Shown: positions 1 through 9,693 of the stretch, piece by piece
Position numbering within the stretch: the first letter of the stretch is position 1
How the letters are laid out: each line of letters begins with the position of its first letter
Assembly (NCBI GenBank): GCA_016182295.1
Contig: JACOXP010000006.1
Coordinates: 9,298-73,297, forward strand
DNA: 64,000 nucleotides
Source: Candidatus Harrisonbacteria bacterium
GTDB taxonomy: Bacteria; Patescibacteriota; Minisyncoccia; UBA6257; WO2-44-18
Direction of reading: 5' to 3'
Translations under genes and position numbers: made by a program
The notes under the pieces: generated by a model
Database searches by the model: none
What the model saw: only the letters and a program-made list of their open reading frames with translations
Told to the model about the DNA's origin: nothing

Positions 1-19
1 CCGTCACCCGAGCCGATGG

Positions 20-1120
20 ATGATCGTCGGATCATTTGGAGCTTCGATCTTGGCAGGATTGGGAGGAGAGAGAATTCTTGCGCGGGTTAAGGAAAAAGTT
101 AAAATTTCTGACCGAAAATGGTTGTTGATCGTTGCTCTTGTGATAATCTCAATCGTTATTGATTACAGAATCGTGTGGCAAAAAAAGTTTGCCATAGAAA
201 GTCCCAAAGCCGAGTTTTTGATTAACAATTCTTCGCCCAAACAATTAAAAGAATTAATTCAAACAAGAGAAGCGGGAAGAGTTCTTTCCGTTTTGCCCGA
301 TGACAGCGTGTCGGTTTTTTATTGGGCCTTAACAGGACAGGGTCCACCGAGAGACGCTGATTTGAAAGCAAAAATTGACGCGGCTTATCTTCACCCCAAT
401 GATCAGTTGTTTTATGGAATAGAGACGATTGAATTGACCGATAATTTGCCGCTTCGCATGGGTCGTTATCTCTCTCTTGTCGGGGCAAGAATTTCTGGGG
501 GCGATTATGGCGAGAGTAATTTGATAAAATATCCGGGAATGCCAATAGATCGGCTGTCTTTACTGAAGCAACGATCCAGTCTGCTTAATTTTCTCGGCGT
601 GCGTTACCTGCTTTCCGGTTTTGATTTGCGTGAAGTTGGATTCGATTATCAGAACCTTGGAAGAGTTCGGGTCGAAGGAGTGAAAGAAGCGGGTTACGCT
701 TTTGGTGTAAATGTTTATGAAAATACCGGCGCCAAACCTCTGGCTTATTTTTCTAAAATCACCGATTTTACTCAGAACGCGGACCAATCTTACGACACTT
801 TTAAAGCGAATGATTTTCGGGGAGTTTTTGTTGAATGCGCAGATTGCGGCAGTATTACCGAAGCTGGCGGCAAAATAGAAATTTTGGAAAAGACGAACGG
901 ACGAGCGATTTTACATTCCGAGTCCGATGGAGTTAGATTTCTGATTTTTTCTCAAAATTATATTCCCGGTTGGGGCGCTTGGATTGATAGCGTAGAAACA
1001 GAAATTTTTAGAGTGAACGCCGCTTTTATGGGAATTTTTGTACCCACCGGCGAGCATAAAATTAGATTCGATTTCAGATATAGCGAGCTTTTAAACCCAA
1101 AATTTTATTTTAATGAATAA
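20..1120 (+). CDS. YfhO-family membrane protein (GT-C-like), C-terminal part; the gene probably begins upstream of the window
   Basis: C-terminal QNYIPGWGAWID...FRVNAAFMGIFVPTGEHKIRF matches the YfhO C-terminal pattern; TM segment near the start; frame is open from the window edge. Confidence 0.7.
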   Translation: MIVGSFGASILAGLGGERILARVKEKVKISDRKWLLIVALVIISIVIDYRIVWQKKFAIESPKAEFLINNSSPKQLKELIQTREAGRVLSVLPDDSVSVFYWALTGQGPPRDADLKAKIDAAYLHPNDQLFYGIETIELTDNLPLRMGRYLSLVGARISGGDYGESNLIKYPGMPIDRLSLLKQRSSLLNFLGVRYLLSGFDLREVGFDYQNLGRVRVEGVKEAGYAFGVNVYENTGAKPLAYFSKITDFTQNADQSYDTFKANDFRGVFVECADCGSITEAGGKIEILEKTNGRAILHSESDGVRFLIFSQNYIPGWGAWIDSVETEIFRVNAAFMGIFVPTGEHKIRFDFRYSELLNPKFYFNE

Positions 1121-1838
1121 ACATTCCATCACTGTTCTTATTTCAGCGTTTAACGAAGAGCAGACGATCGCGGAAGCTATTTTGAAAACTGATGAAGCGT
1201 TGAGAAAGCATGTGATTGATTATGAGATCATTGTTTTTGATGATGGTAGCCGCGATGCTACCGGGAAAATAGCCGAGGACTTGGCTAAGAATAATAATCG
1301 GCTTAGAGTGGTGCGCAATAAAACCAATAAGAATCTTGGTTATAACTTGAGAATGGGCGTGTCTTTAGCTGGCAAAGAATATTGTATGGCTTTTGTTAAT
1401 GCCGACAGCTATCCGCTGGAAGAATCATTTCGCCAGTTTTTTTCAGTTTATGGCGAGAAAGATTTTGTATTAGGTTACTCCGTTAATTATGGAGACCGTC
1501 CTTGGCTGCGAAGGTTCCTCTCCTGGTTGTTTGTGAAAATTATGAATTTTTTGTTTGGTTTTAGGATTAAATATTATAACGGCCCCGTTATTATTAAAAC
1601 CGCATTATGGCGGACGGTGCCGATGACTATCGAAAGTTTCGCCTACATGGCTGAAGTAACCGCGACTCTTTTAAAAAGGGGCATAAAATATGACGAAGCG
1701 CAGATATTTTATATGCCGGAGCGTAAAGGCTTGAATATTTCGGTCTTGCGGCGTAATATTTGGGGTGTGGCTAAAGCGATTGCTTTAATGTTCTGGCGTC
1801 TGAATATAAAGCGTCAGCTTTACGTAAAACCAAAGTAG
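1113..1838 (+). CDS. GT2 glycosyltransferase (polyprenol-phosphate sugar synthase-like)
   Basis: ISAFNEE, IIVFDDGSRD, NLGY, NAD (DxD-like). Confidence 0.85.
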   Translation: MNKHSITVLISAFNEEQTIAEAILKTDEALRKHVIDYEIIVFDDGSRDATGKIAEDLAKNNNRLRVVRNKTNKNLGYNLRMGVSLAGKEYCMAFVNADSYPLEESFRQFFSVYGEKDFVLGYSVNYGDRPWLRRFLSWLFVKIMNFLFGFRIKYYNGPVIIKTALWRTVPMTIESFAYMAEVTATLLKRGIKYDEAQIFYMPERKGLNISVLRRNIWGVAKAIALMFWRLNIKRQLYVKPK

Positions 1839-1854
1839 TCTACGGATTTCATTT

Positions 1855-2739
1855 ATGAATAAAACGGAGAGGGATTTCTTGAAAAATAAGAAAGTTTTGA
1901 TTGTCGGCGCGGCTGGTTCAATCGGTGGCGCGCTTTCCCGACGGGTGGCGGAATTTAAACCAAAATCACTGACGATTTTAGATCAAAATGAAAGTGAGTT
2001 GTTTTGGATTTGGGAAGAAACCAAAGAGACCTGCAAGACTAATATGGTGATTGCCGATATTCGAAATAGAGAGCGTATTGAAGAAATCTTTTTAAACTAT
2101 CGTCCGGATATAGTTTATCATTGCGCCGCCTACAAACACGTGATCTTAATGGAAATGTGGCCGCAAGAAGCCCATCGGACGAACGTTCACGGCACTCAAG
2201 TTATTGTGGATGCCGCTCTTAAATCGGGGGTTGATAAAGTAGTTTTTATCTCCACCGACAAAGCGGTAAACCCCACTTCCGTTATGGGAATGACCAAAAA
2301 AGAAGGGGAAAAAATTTGCCTCAACGCGAATAAATTAAAAAAAACTAAATTTATCGTAGTTCGTTTTGGCAATGTGATGGCTTCGCGGGGAAGTGTAATT
2401 CCAATATTTCAAAAACAAATTAACGAAGGCAAGCACCTCACGGTAACGGATCAGCGAATGGAGCGATATTTTATGGGAATTTATGAAGCGGTGGATCTTG
2501 TATTGGAGGCTTCCATGATTGGCAAAGCCGGAGACATCATGGTATTGGATATGGGCAACCCCATGCCCATTTATGAGTTGGCCAACTTGATGGTTAAACT
2601 TTCCGGGAAAAATCTTAGAGTGAATTTTACTAAAGCGGGCAAGGGAGAAAAGTTTTTTGAGGAATTGATGACTCCCGCCGAGAGAAAACGGGCTATCAAA
2701 AGAAACGGAATATATATTATTCGCTCGAAATCTCGATAA
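1855..2739 (+). CDS. CapD/PglF-type NDP-sugar 4,6-dehydratase, catalytic domain only
   Basis: GAAGSIG, HCAAYKHV, ISTDKAVNPTSVMGMTK, VRFGNVMASRGSVIP. Confidence 0.9.
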   Translation: MNKTERDFLKNKKVLIVGAAGSIGGALSRRVAEFKPKSLTILDQNESELFWIWEETKETCKTNMVIADIRNRERIEEIFLNYRPDIVYHCAAYKHVILMEMWPQEAHRTNVHGTQVIVDAALKSGVDKVVFISTDKAVNPTSVMGMTKKEGEKICLNANKLKKTKFIVVRFGNVMASRGSVIPIFQKQINEGKHLTVTDQRMERYFMGIYEAVDLVLEASMIGKAGDIMVLDMGNPMPIYELANLMVKLSGKNLRVNFTKAGKGEKFFEELMTPAERKRAIKRNGIYIIRSKSR

Positions 2740-2743
2740 AATT

Positions 2744-3700
2744 ATGCCAATAGCCACGCCAGTTTTGATTACTGGAGCCAGCGGTTTCGTTGGCGCTAAT
2801 TTGTTGCGGAGATTGGTAAATAATGGATTGGAGAAAAAAACCAACATTATTTTAAGAAAGAACTCCGACCCCTGGAGGATAAAAGATGTTTTAAAGAAAG
2901 CGCCTACCCACATCGTTGACTTGCGAAACGAAGAGGCCACCAGGGCATTGTTAAAAAAAATTAAACCCAAAACAATTTTTCATCTAGCCACTCACGGCGC
3001 TTACCCGCGCCAGCAATTTGAAGAAAAAGAAATAATGGAAACCAATATTACCTGCGCTTTTAATTTGATGAATAGCGCCGCGCGGACCGGCGTTAAATCG
3101 TTCATCAACACTGGAACTTCTTCAGAATACGGAATTAATAAAATGGCCATGCGCGAACAGGATCGTTTAAGTCCCGTTACCGCTTACGGCGCGAGTAAGG
3201 CCTGGGCCACGCTTTATGGAAATTATTTGGCCAATGACAAAAAATTCCCCGTAACTACATTGCGACTTTTTGGCGTGTACGGATATTACGAACCCCGCGG
3301 CAGGTTGATACCGAATATCATATTATCTTTTTTAGAAAATTCTCGACCAAAACTGACTAATCCGAAATTTATTCGAGATTTTGTTTTTATTGAAGATGTC
3401 GTTGACGCGTACATTATGGCCGCTGAAAGGAACATAGCCGGTTCTATTTTAAATGTAGGATCGGGAAGAAAAACGTCGCTTCAGGAGGTTTTTACTGTTA
3501 TAAAAGAAATTATGAACAGCGACGTTCGGCCAATTTTAGAGAAATCGAAAACCGGCATACCTGATATAAATAGGCGCGTTGCCGATGTGCAATTGGCTAA
3601 AAAGACTTTAAAATGGAAACCAAAGACGAATTTGCGCGATGGCTTGCGAAAGACCGTTAATTGGTTTAAAGATAACTTAGATTTATATGAACATCATTAA
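2744..3700 (+). CDS. NAD-dependent epimerase/dehydratase
   Basis: TGASGFVG, TSSEYG, YGASK (YxxxK). Confidence 0.9.
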   Translation: MPIATPVLITGASGFVGANLLRRLVNNGLEKKTNIILRKNSDPWRIKDVLKKAPTHIVDLRNEEATRALLKKIKPKTIFHLATHGAYPRQQFEEKEIMETNITCAFNLMNSAARTGVKSFINTGTSSEYGINKMAMREQDRLSPVTAYGASKAWATLYGNYLANDKKFPVTTLRLFGVYGYYEPRGRLIPNIILSFLENSRPKLTNPKFIRDFVFIEDVVDAYIMAAERNIAGSILNVGSGRKTSLQEVFTVIKEIMNSDVRPILEKSKTGIPDINRRVADVQLAKKTLKWKPKTNLRDGLRKTVNWFKDNLDLYEHH

Positions 3701-4496
3701 GCTTAAAGAAATAGCTAAACAGATAAGACGCGACATTGTTACGATGACTGGAACAGCCCGCGTGGCTCATTCTGGTAGCGCTCTTTCGGCGGTTGACGCG
3801 CTTACGGCGCTCTATTTCAACTTTATGAAACTGAACCCGAAAAAACCAAATTGGCCGGGTCGGGACCGGTTTATTCTAAGCAAGGGCCACGCGGCCACGG
3901 CCTTATATGCCGCTTTGGCCAATCGGGGATTTTTTAAAAAAGAGAAATTAAAAACTTTCGCCCAAAACGGCAGTCATTTGACCTGCCATCCCAGTATTCA
4001 AAATGTGCCCGGGGTTGAGGCCACTACCGGCGCGCTGGGACACGGACTTTCAATTGGCGTTGGCATGGCTTTGGCGGGTAAGCGGGATAATAATAAACAC
4101 AATATTTACGTAATGATTTCCGACGGTGAATGCGATGAAGGTTCTGTTTGGGAGGCGGTGCTTTTTGCCGGCCATCACAAATTAAATAATCTTACGATTA
4201 TTGTTGATTACAATAAAATTCAGAGTTTCGGTCGAACCGCGGAAGTTTTGGATTTAGAGCCGCTAACCGAAAAATTCAAAGCTTTTAATTGGTGGACTAA
4301 GGAAGTTGACGGGCATAATTTAGGCGAACTTCTGTCAGTTTTAAAAGAAGCGAAAAAAATTAAAAACCAGCCGCAATGCTTAATCGCCCATACCGTAAAG
4401 GGGAAAGGTGTTTCTTTTATGGAGGATAGATTAGAATGGCATTATTGGTCGCCCAGCGGCGATTTGTTAAAAAAGGCGTTGGAGGAGCTTGCTTAA
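3687..4496 (+). CDS. Transketolase N-terminal (TPP-binding) subunit
   Basis: DRFILSKGHA, TGALGHG, SDGECDEGSVWEA...DYN TPP motif, HTVKGKG. Confidence 0.92.
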   Translation: MNIIKLKEIAKQIRRDIVTMTGTARVAHSGSALSAVDALTALYFNFMKLNPKKPNWPGRDRFILSKGHAATALYAALANRGFFKKEKLKTFAQNGSHLTCHPSIQNVPGVEATTGALGHGLSIGVGMALAGKRDNNKHNIYVMISDGECDEGSVWEAVLFAGHHKLNNLTIIVDYNKIQSFGRTAEVLDLEPLTEKFKAFNWWTKEVDGHNLGELLSVLKEAKKIKNQPQCLIAHTVKGKGVSFMEDRLEWHYWSPSGDLLKKALEELA

Positions 4497-4504
4497 AAAT
4501 TGAC

Positions 4505-5329
4505 ATGGAAAAATTTGATCCAATAAAAAATTTCAAAGAAGAAGAACAGGGAACTTTTTGGGACGAATATTCTAAAAATTTTATTTCGATTGAAGCGGCG
4601 CAAAGCACAAAATCTCTTTTAAGAGGTGAAATTAGATTGTGCGGAGATTTCTTAAGATCATCCGATCGATCAAACAAAGGAAAAATTTTGAAGTTGGATT
4701 TATGGAACGAAGCTCATCACACCGCGATTCTTACCTACATTCACCATTTTTACGACGAAGTTCATGCTATTGATATATCGCCGGACGTTGTTCGACAGGC
4801 GCTGAAAAAATTGGAAGAGAAAAATATAAAAGTTAAAGCGGTTATCGGCGATATGCGAAAGATGCCCTATCCGGACAATTCTTTTGACTATGTATACACG
4901 ATGGGCACCATTGAGCATATTCCGAGGCCACAGGACGCCATGGAAGAAATATTCAGAGTGCTGAAGCCGGGTGGGCGGGCGGTAATCGGTGTTCCCAATA
5001 AATATGAATGGTTTGGAAAATCTTTAATTTTGGACTTTTTTGCTCTTACCGGCATCAAGGAAGACGGCTACGAACATAGCTACGGTTGGCGGCAATTCAC
5101 TCGTGAGCTTGAAGATTCTGGATTGAGAGTTTTGCGCAAAACCGGCGCTTACTTTATGCCCTGGTTTATCCGGGCCGCCGATTGGTTCTTAGCTCAACGT
5201 TTGCCGAAAGCGGCAATCGTTTTATGGCCTTTCATAAAATTCTCCGACTATTTAAGCAATTCCAACTTCTTCCTTAAGCACGGCAGTGTTGTCGTGGCGG
5301 TTGTAGAGAAACCCCACCATGCGAGATAG
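4505..5329 (+). CDS. Class I SAM-dependent methyltransferase with divergent motif I
   Basis: IDISP, GDMRKMPYPDNSFD, GTIEH, RVLKPGG; ATG at 4505 chosen to avoid overlap with the upstream gene. Confidence 0.8.
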   Translation: MEKFDPIKNFKEEEQGTFWDEYSKNFISIEAAQSTKSLLRGEIRLCGDFLRSSDRSNKGKILKLDLWNEAHHTAILTYIHHFYDEVHAIDISPDVVRQALKKLEEKNIKVKAVIGDMRKMPYPDNSFDYVYTMGTIEHIPRPQDAMEEIFRVLKPGGRAVIGVPNKYEWFGKSLILDFFALTGIKEDGYEHSYGWRQFTRELEDSGLRVLRKTGAYFMPWFIRAADWFLAQRLPKAAIVLWPFIKFSDYLSNSNFFLKHGSVVVAVVEKPHHAR

Positions 5330-6626
5330 CCAAGAAATAAAAAAAATTGCCGATCAGTATGGCACCCCTACCTTTATTGCTTGGAAAAACGTCATTATTG
5401 AGAATGTCAGGAGATTTCGGGAAGTTCTATGCCAATATCGAGGCGGTTCAACCTTGTGTTATTCGGCCAAGACCAATCCCCAGGTGGCAATTTTAAAAAT
5501 GATGGCCGAACAGGGAATATCCGCCGCCGTCTGTTCTGTTTTGGATACAACCGCTGCGTTCAGAGCGGGATTTTCTGGAGAAAGAATGATCTACGTCGGA
5601 TTAGTTAAAACGGATGAGGGTTTGGAGATCGCCGTTAAAAATAATTTTCGAATAATTAACGTTGAGTCTTATGACGAAGTTACGCGTTTGGCAAAAATTG
5701 CCGAGAAGCACAACAAAAAAGTTCCAGTGGGTATTCGACTTTCCTTTCCGTCCAAAACAGGCATTAAATCTCTATTGGGAGTCACGTATGACCGTTTTGG
5801 GGCAAGCGTTAAAAGTGGAGAAGCGCGGTCAATAGCCGAATTTATTGTTAAAAATCCCCATTTAGTTCTCGAGGGACTTCATTGCCATACCGGATCCAAC
5901 CAAACAAACGAAAAAAACTATCTGATAGGTATTAATCACTTGGTTGATTTCATGAGGTATTTAAAAGAAAAGCACAATGTTTCGATATCGATTTTGAACA
6001 TCGGCGGCGGAATAGGCGTCCCGACCATCAGGGCTTATTCGTTGGTAAATCTTGGCGTGAATTTTCTAAAAAACATGATTGGCCGGCCACTTCGCCACGT
6101 CAGTAACCTCCAATTTAGTCTTCCGGCAATGATGAAAAGAATTATCGATCATTTACATCAGACCTTGGATCGTCACAATCTTTCCCATCCCCATCTTATG
6201 ATGGAACCAGGAAGAGCGCTCGTCGGAGATGGGATAGATCTGGTAACGCGGATAGTCAACGAAAAAAGGACGGAGATTCGCAAGTGGTACATGATCGATG
6301 GGGGCACCAATCTCCTTCCCGCCCTTACCCTATTTTCAGAATCCCATGATATAACGGTGATAACTGATAATCGGGATTCCACTATGGAAAAACTTTCCGT
6401 CGCGGGGCCGCTTTTATACTCGGCTGACATAGTGGCGACCAACAGATTTTTACCAAAAGCGAGGATTGGCGATCTGATTGTGGTGCATGACGTTGGCGCG
6501 TATTGCGGCAGTCAGTCAAACCAGTTTCTTTACCCGAGAGCGGCAACCATATTGGTAAGTGGAAATACTTCAACCGTTATACAAAAACGGGAGTCGGTTG
6601 AAGACGTATTATCAAGGGATTTATGA
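5319..6626 (+). CDS. Fold-type III PLP-dependent decarboxylase (LysA/DAP decarboxylase-like)
   Basis: YGTP, YSAKTN (PLP Lys), HCHTGS, NIGGG, EPGRALV, DVGAY. Confidence 0.85.
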   Translation: MRDSQEIKKIADQYGTPTFIAWKNVIIENVRRFREVLCQYRGGSTLCYSAKTNPQVAILKMMAEQGISAAVCSVLDTTAAFRAGFSGERMIYVGLVKTDEGLEIAVKNNFRIINVESYDEVTRLAKIAEKHNKKVPVGIRLSFPSKTGIKSLLGVTYDRFGASVKSGEARSIAEFIVKNPHLVLEGLHCHTGSNQTNEKNYLIGINHLVDFMRYLKEKHNVSISILNIGGGIGVPTIRAYSLVNLGVNFLKNMIGRPLRHVSNLQFSLPAMMKRIIDHLHQTLDRHNLSHPHLMMEPGRALVGDGIDLVTRIVNEKRTEIRKWYMIDGGTNLLPALTLFSESHDITVITDNRDSTMEKLSVAGPLLYSADIVATNRFLPKARIGDLIVVHDVGAYCGSQSNQFLYPRAATILVSGNTSTVIQKRESVEDVLSRDL

Positions 6627-7603
6627 AAAAAGTTCTCATTACCGGGGCAACCGGATTTATCGGAGGCGCGTTGGTTAAACGTCTTTTAAAAAATAAAAAT
6701 TACAAAATAATTTGCTTGGTGCGGGATTTGAGCAAAGCGGCCAAGCTTAAGGAATTGGGGGCCGAACTTGTTAAATGGGATATGACGGATTCCCAAAACG
6801 TTGAAGATGCTATGCGTAATGCATCGATAGTAATTCATCTGGCGGCGGTTTTGGCGAATAAACACGCGTCCAAAACGGAAATGCGCGCCGTTAACGTTGA
6901 TGGAACAAGAAACATTTTGAAAATTGCTAAACTAATCGGCGCGAAACAGTTTATTTTTTTAAGTTCGGCGCTTTTAAGCTGGCACAGGAGTATTGATTGC
7001 CCCAATGAAGAATCGCCGGTTCTTCCGACTACCGAATACGAAAAGACAAAATTAGAGGCGGAGCGTTTGGTCAAATCCGCTTCTTCTTCGGAGTTTCAAA
7101 CCACGGTAATGAGACCCGGAGTTGTTTACGGTCCCGGAGGCATCGGCTTTTCTCCATTATTCAAAGCTGTTAAAACGGGGAAGTTTTTCTATGTAAATAA
7201 TGGTTCTCACATTTTTGAGCTGACTTTTATTGATGATCTGATTGATGTTATTCTAGCCACCATCGGCAATAACAGCGCCTACGGAGAGACTTTTATTATT
7301 TCCGAACAAAATCCCAAGACCTTTCGGGAATTTACGGAACAAATCGCTAGAACTATCGGGGTGACTCCGCCCAAGCTTAGCATCCCGGCCCCTGTTTTTA
7401 AAATCGCCTGGATGTTTTTATATCCGCTTGAGCTTTTAGGTCTCCCGATTCCGATCAGCGAAAGCACTTTTAAGACCCTTACTTTGCGCCGCGTTTTCGA
7501 TACCACTAAAGCAAAAAAGATGTTAAATTATACAGCGCGAATTTCATTGGAAGAGGGCGTTAAGCAATCAGTCGATTACTATAAAAATATCGGAATTTTA
7601 TGA
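6623..7603 (+). CDS. NAD-dependent epimerase/dehydratase
   Basis: TGATGFIG, HLAA, YEKTK, RPGVVYGPG. Confidence 0.88.
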   Translation: MKKVLITGATGFIGGALVKRLLKNKNYKIICLVRDLSKAAKLKELGAELVKWDMTDSQNVEDAMRNASIVIHLAAVLANKHASKTEMRAVNVDGTRNILKIAKLIGAKQFIFLSSALLSWHRSIDCPNEESPVLPTTEYEKTKLEAERLVKSASSSEFQTTVMRPGVVYGPGGIGFSPLFKAVKTGKFFYVNNGSHIFELTFIDDLIDVILATIGNNSAYGETFIISEQNPKTFREFTEQIARTIGVTPPKLSIPAPVFKIAWMFLYPLELLGLPIPISESTFKTLTLRRVFDTTKAKKMLNYTARISLEEGVKQSVDYYKNIGIL

Positions 7604-8517
7604 GAAAAGCGTTTATAGATACTCTTTTTGAATTGGCGAGAAAGGACAAAAATATTTTTCTGTTGAATGCAGATTTAGGCTTTTCGGTTTTAGAAAAATT
7701 TAATCAAGCTTACCCCAAACGAGCTATTAACATGGGCATAGCAGAAGCCAATTCTATAGGAACGGCTGCTGGTTTGGCGTTATCCGGAAAAACAGTTTTT
7801 GTTTATTCAATTATTCCTTTTGTGACTTTCCGTGTTCTGGAGCAGATCCGTAATGACGTGGCTATGCAGGAAGCCAATGTTAAAATAGTCGGCATCGGTA
7901 GCGGTTGGAGTTACGGTTCCTTAGGCGCCACCCACCATGCTATAGAAGATATCGCCGTTCTTCGTTCAATACCGGGCATGCGAATTGTCTGTCCGGGTGA
8001 TCCGATAGAAGCGGCAGCGGCCACTAAAGCCATTACCAAAACCAAAGGGCCGTTTTATTTTCGTCTTAACAAAGCGGGAGATCCGATTGTCCATAAAACC
8101 ATTCCAAAATTCCGGATTGGCGAAGCAATTCAAGTTCGGCCCGGAAAGGATCTGACGATCATCACCACCGGCAATGCTCTACCCGGCGGCGCGATCGTCA
8201 GTGACATTTTGTCCGAAGATGGATTAAGCGTTCGATTGATTTCCATGCATACAATTAAACCACTGGACGAAGCCACCGTTAAAAAAGCGGCCAAGGAAAC
8301 CAAGGCAATTTTTACTTTAGAAGATCATAATATTCTTGGAGGATTGGGCAGCGCGGTCGCGGAAATTTTGGCGGAAAATCGATTCGGCGGAGTGTTCCAT
8401 CGCTTTGGCGCGAAAGACGCTTTCACTCATATTGCCGGCCCCCACGATTTTTTGCGGGAGCATCATGGGCTTTCTCCTAAAAATATTGCTAGAGTTATCA
8501 GGCGGAAAATCGCATGA
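7600..8517 (+). CDS. Transketolase C-terminal (pyrimidine-binding and C-terminal domains) subunit
   Basis: ADLGFS, MGIAEAN, GATHHAIED, TIKPLD, EDHNILGGLG. Confidence 0.92.
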   Translation: MRKAFIDTLFELARKDKNIFLLNADLGFSVLEKFNQAYPKRAINMGIAEANSIGTAAGLALSGKTVFVYSIIPFVTFRVLEQIRNDVAMQEANVKIVGIGSGWSYGSLGATHHAIEDIAVLRSIPGMRIVCPGDPIEAAAATKAITKTKGPFYFRLNKAGDPIVHKTIPKFRIGEAIQVRPGKDLTIITTGNALPGGAIVSDILSEDGLSVRLISMHTIKPLDEATVKKAAKETKAIFTLEDHNILGGLGSAVAEILAENRFGGVFHRFGAKDAFTHIAGPHDFLREHHGLSPKNIARVIRRKIA

Positions 8518-9692
8518 AATTATCCGGCTTCAGAATCGGAGATTTTTTGGAATTGCGCGGCTGGAAGCTATTGGAAATCTCTAAGGAAATTCCTTTAATA
8601 ATAAATTTCAATTGTCCGGCGGACGACGGACAGCTGAAAACCATCGCTACCCTGGTCGGCAATTCCGGAAGACAAATACGTATTGGCTGCTGTCCAAACT
8701 GCGGTTATATCGGTTACATAGACAAATTGAGCAAAGATTGGATCAATCGTTTTTATTTGGAAACCTGGGATGATGCCGTAAATCAAGATGTTCAAAAAAA
8801 AGCTCAGAAACTCAAAGAAAAATTAAAAACCGGCTACAGCGGGAAAGAACAGCTTGCTATCTCCGCCATCAAAACTTTGAATATTGATAAAAGCCGTTAT
8901 GTATGCGAGATAGGATGCGGATTCGGCAAATCTTTAAATCAGCTTCGCCGATTGGGCTTTGAAAAATTGGTAGGAATTGAAAATTCTTCTCATCGCGCGG
9001 CAATTGCCGCCAAAGCTTATGGTTTGAAAACTATAGCCGCTCCTTTTGACGAAGCGGCAAAGAATTCGGAGCTTAGCAAACTGGCTCCTTTTAGCCTGAT
9101 TTATTCTCATCACGTTCTTGAGCATGTTTATAATCCGGCGGAGATGATTAGGATCGCTTCTGAATTACAGAAAGAAGAAGATTATCTCGTTACCGTTATC
9201 CCTAATTTTATTGGCGAGCCCTCGGTGGGTGTTCTTGGTTTCTTTCCGCATCTCCATTCTTTCACGGAAACCGCGCTCACCGGTCTTTTAAGGCGTTACG
9301 GATATAAAGTAATAAACAGATCTCTTACTAATGATAGAGAGATCTGTGTTGTCGCTCAAAAAACGCGAAAGGCGATCGCGGCAACGGTTTTGAGGGGAGC
9401 TTATAATCTGGCTTTGGAAAAACTTAAACGCGGATTGGCGTTAGACGGAAATCACATTTCTTTTCCGGCTAGATTTTGGTGGTACGCGAAAAAATCAGAT
9501 CAAGGCGGCTGGAAGAAATACTTTAAGAACCGGTTCTTGGATAAAATTTATTGGAAACTAGCTTCTTTTGGGAGAAAATATAAAGGAACCAGAGTTTTGG
9601 TTGTTGAAAATCTCAATGGTCGCTATAATTCGGAACAAGCTTCGCCTATTGAGATTCAATTTAATGGGGAGATAAAATTATTTTATAAATAA
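8514..9692 (+). CDS. Class I SAM methyltransferase with N-terminal Cys motif
   Basis: CPNCG, EIGCGFG, HVLEH, HLHSF. Confidence 0.8.
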   Translation: MKLSGFRIGDFLELRGWKLLEISKEIPLIINFNCPADDGQLKTIATLVGNSGRQIRIGCCPNCGYIGYIDKLSKDWINRFYLETWDDAVNQDVQKKAQKLKEKLKTGYSGKEQLAISAIKTLNIDKSRYVCEIGCGFGKSLNQLRRLGFEKLVGIENSSHRAAIAAKAYGLKTIAAPFDEAAKNSELSKLAPFSLIYSHHVLEHVYNPAEMIRIASELQKEEDYLVTVIPNFIGEPSVGVLGFFPHLHSFTETALTGLLRRYGYKVINRSLTNDREICVVAQKTRKAIAATVLRGAYNLALEKLKRGLALDGNHISFPARFWWYAKKSDQGGWKKYFKNRFLDKIYWKLASFGRKYKGTRVLVVENLNGRYNSEQASPIEIQFNGEIKLFYK

Positions 9693-9693
9693 A

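Noticed and set aside
2335-2970. Long antisense ORFs here and at 35925, 40140, 48486 and 60295
   Set aside because: They lie opposite well-supported genes and show no recognisable motifs
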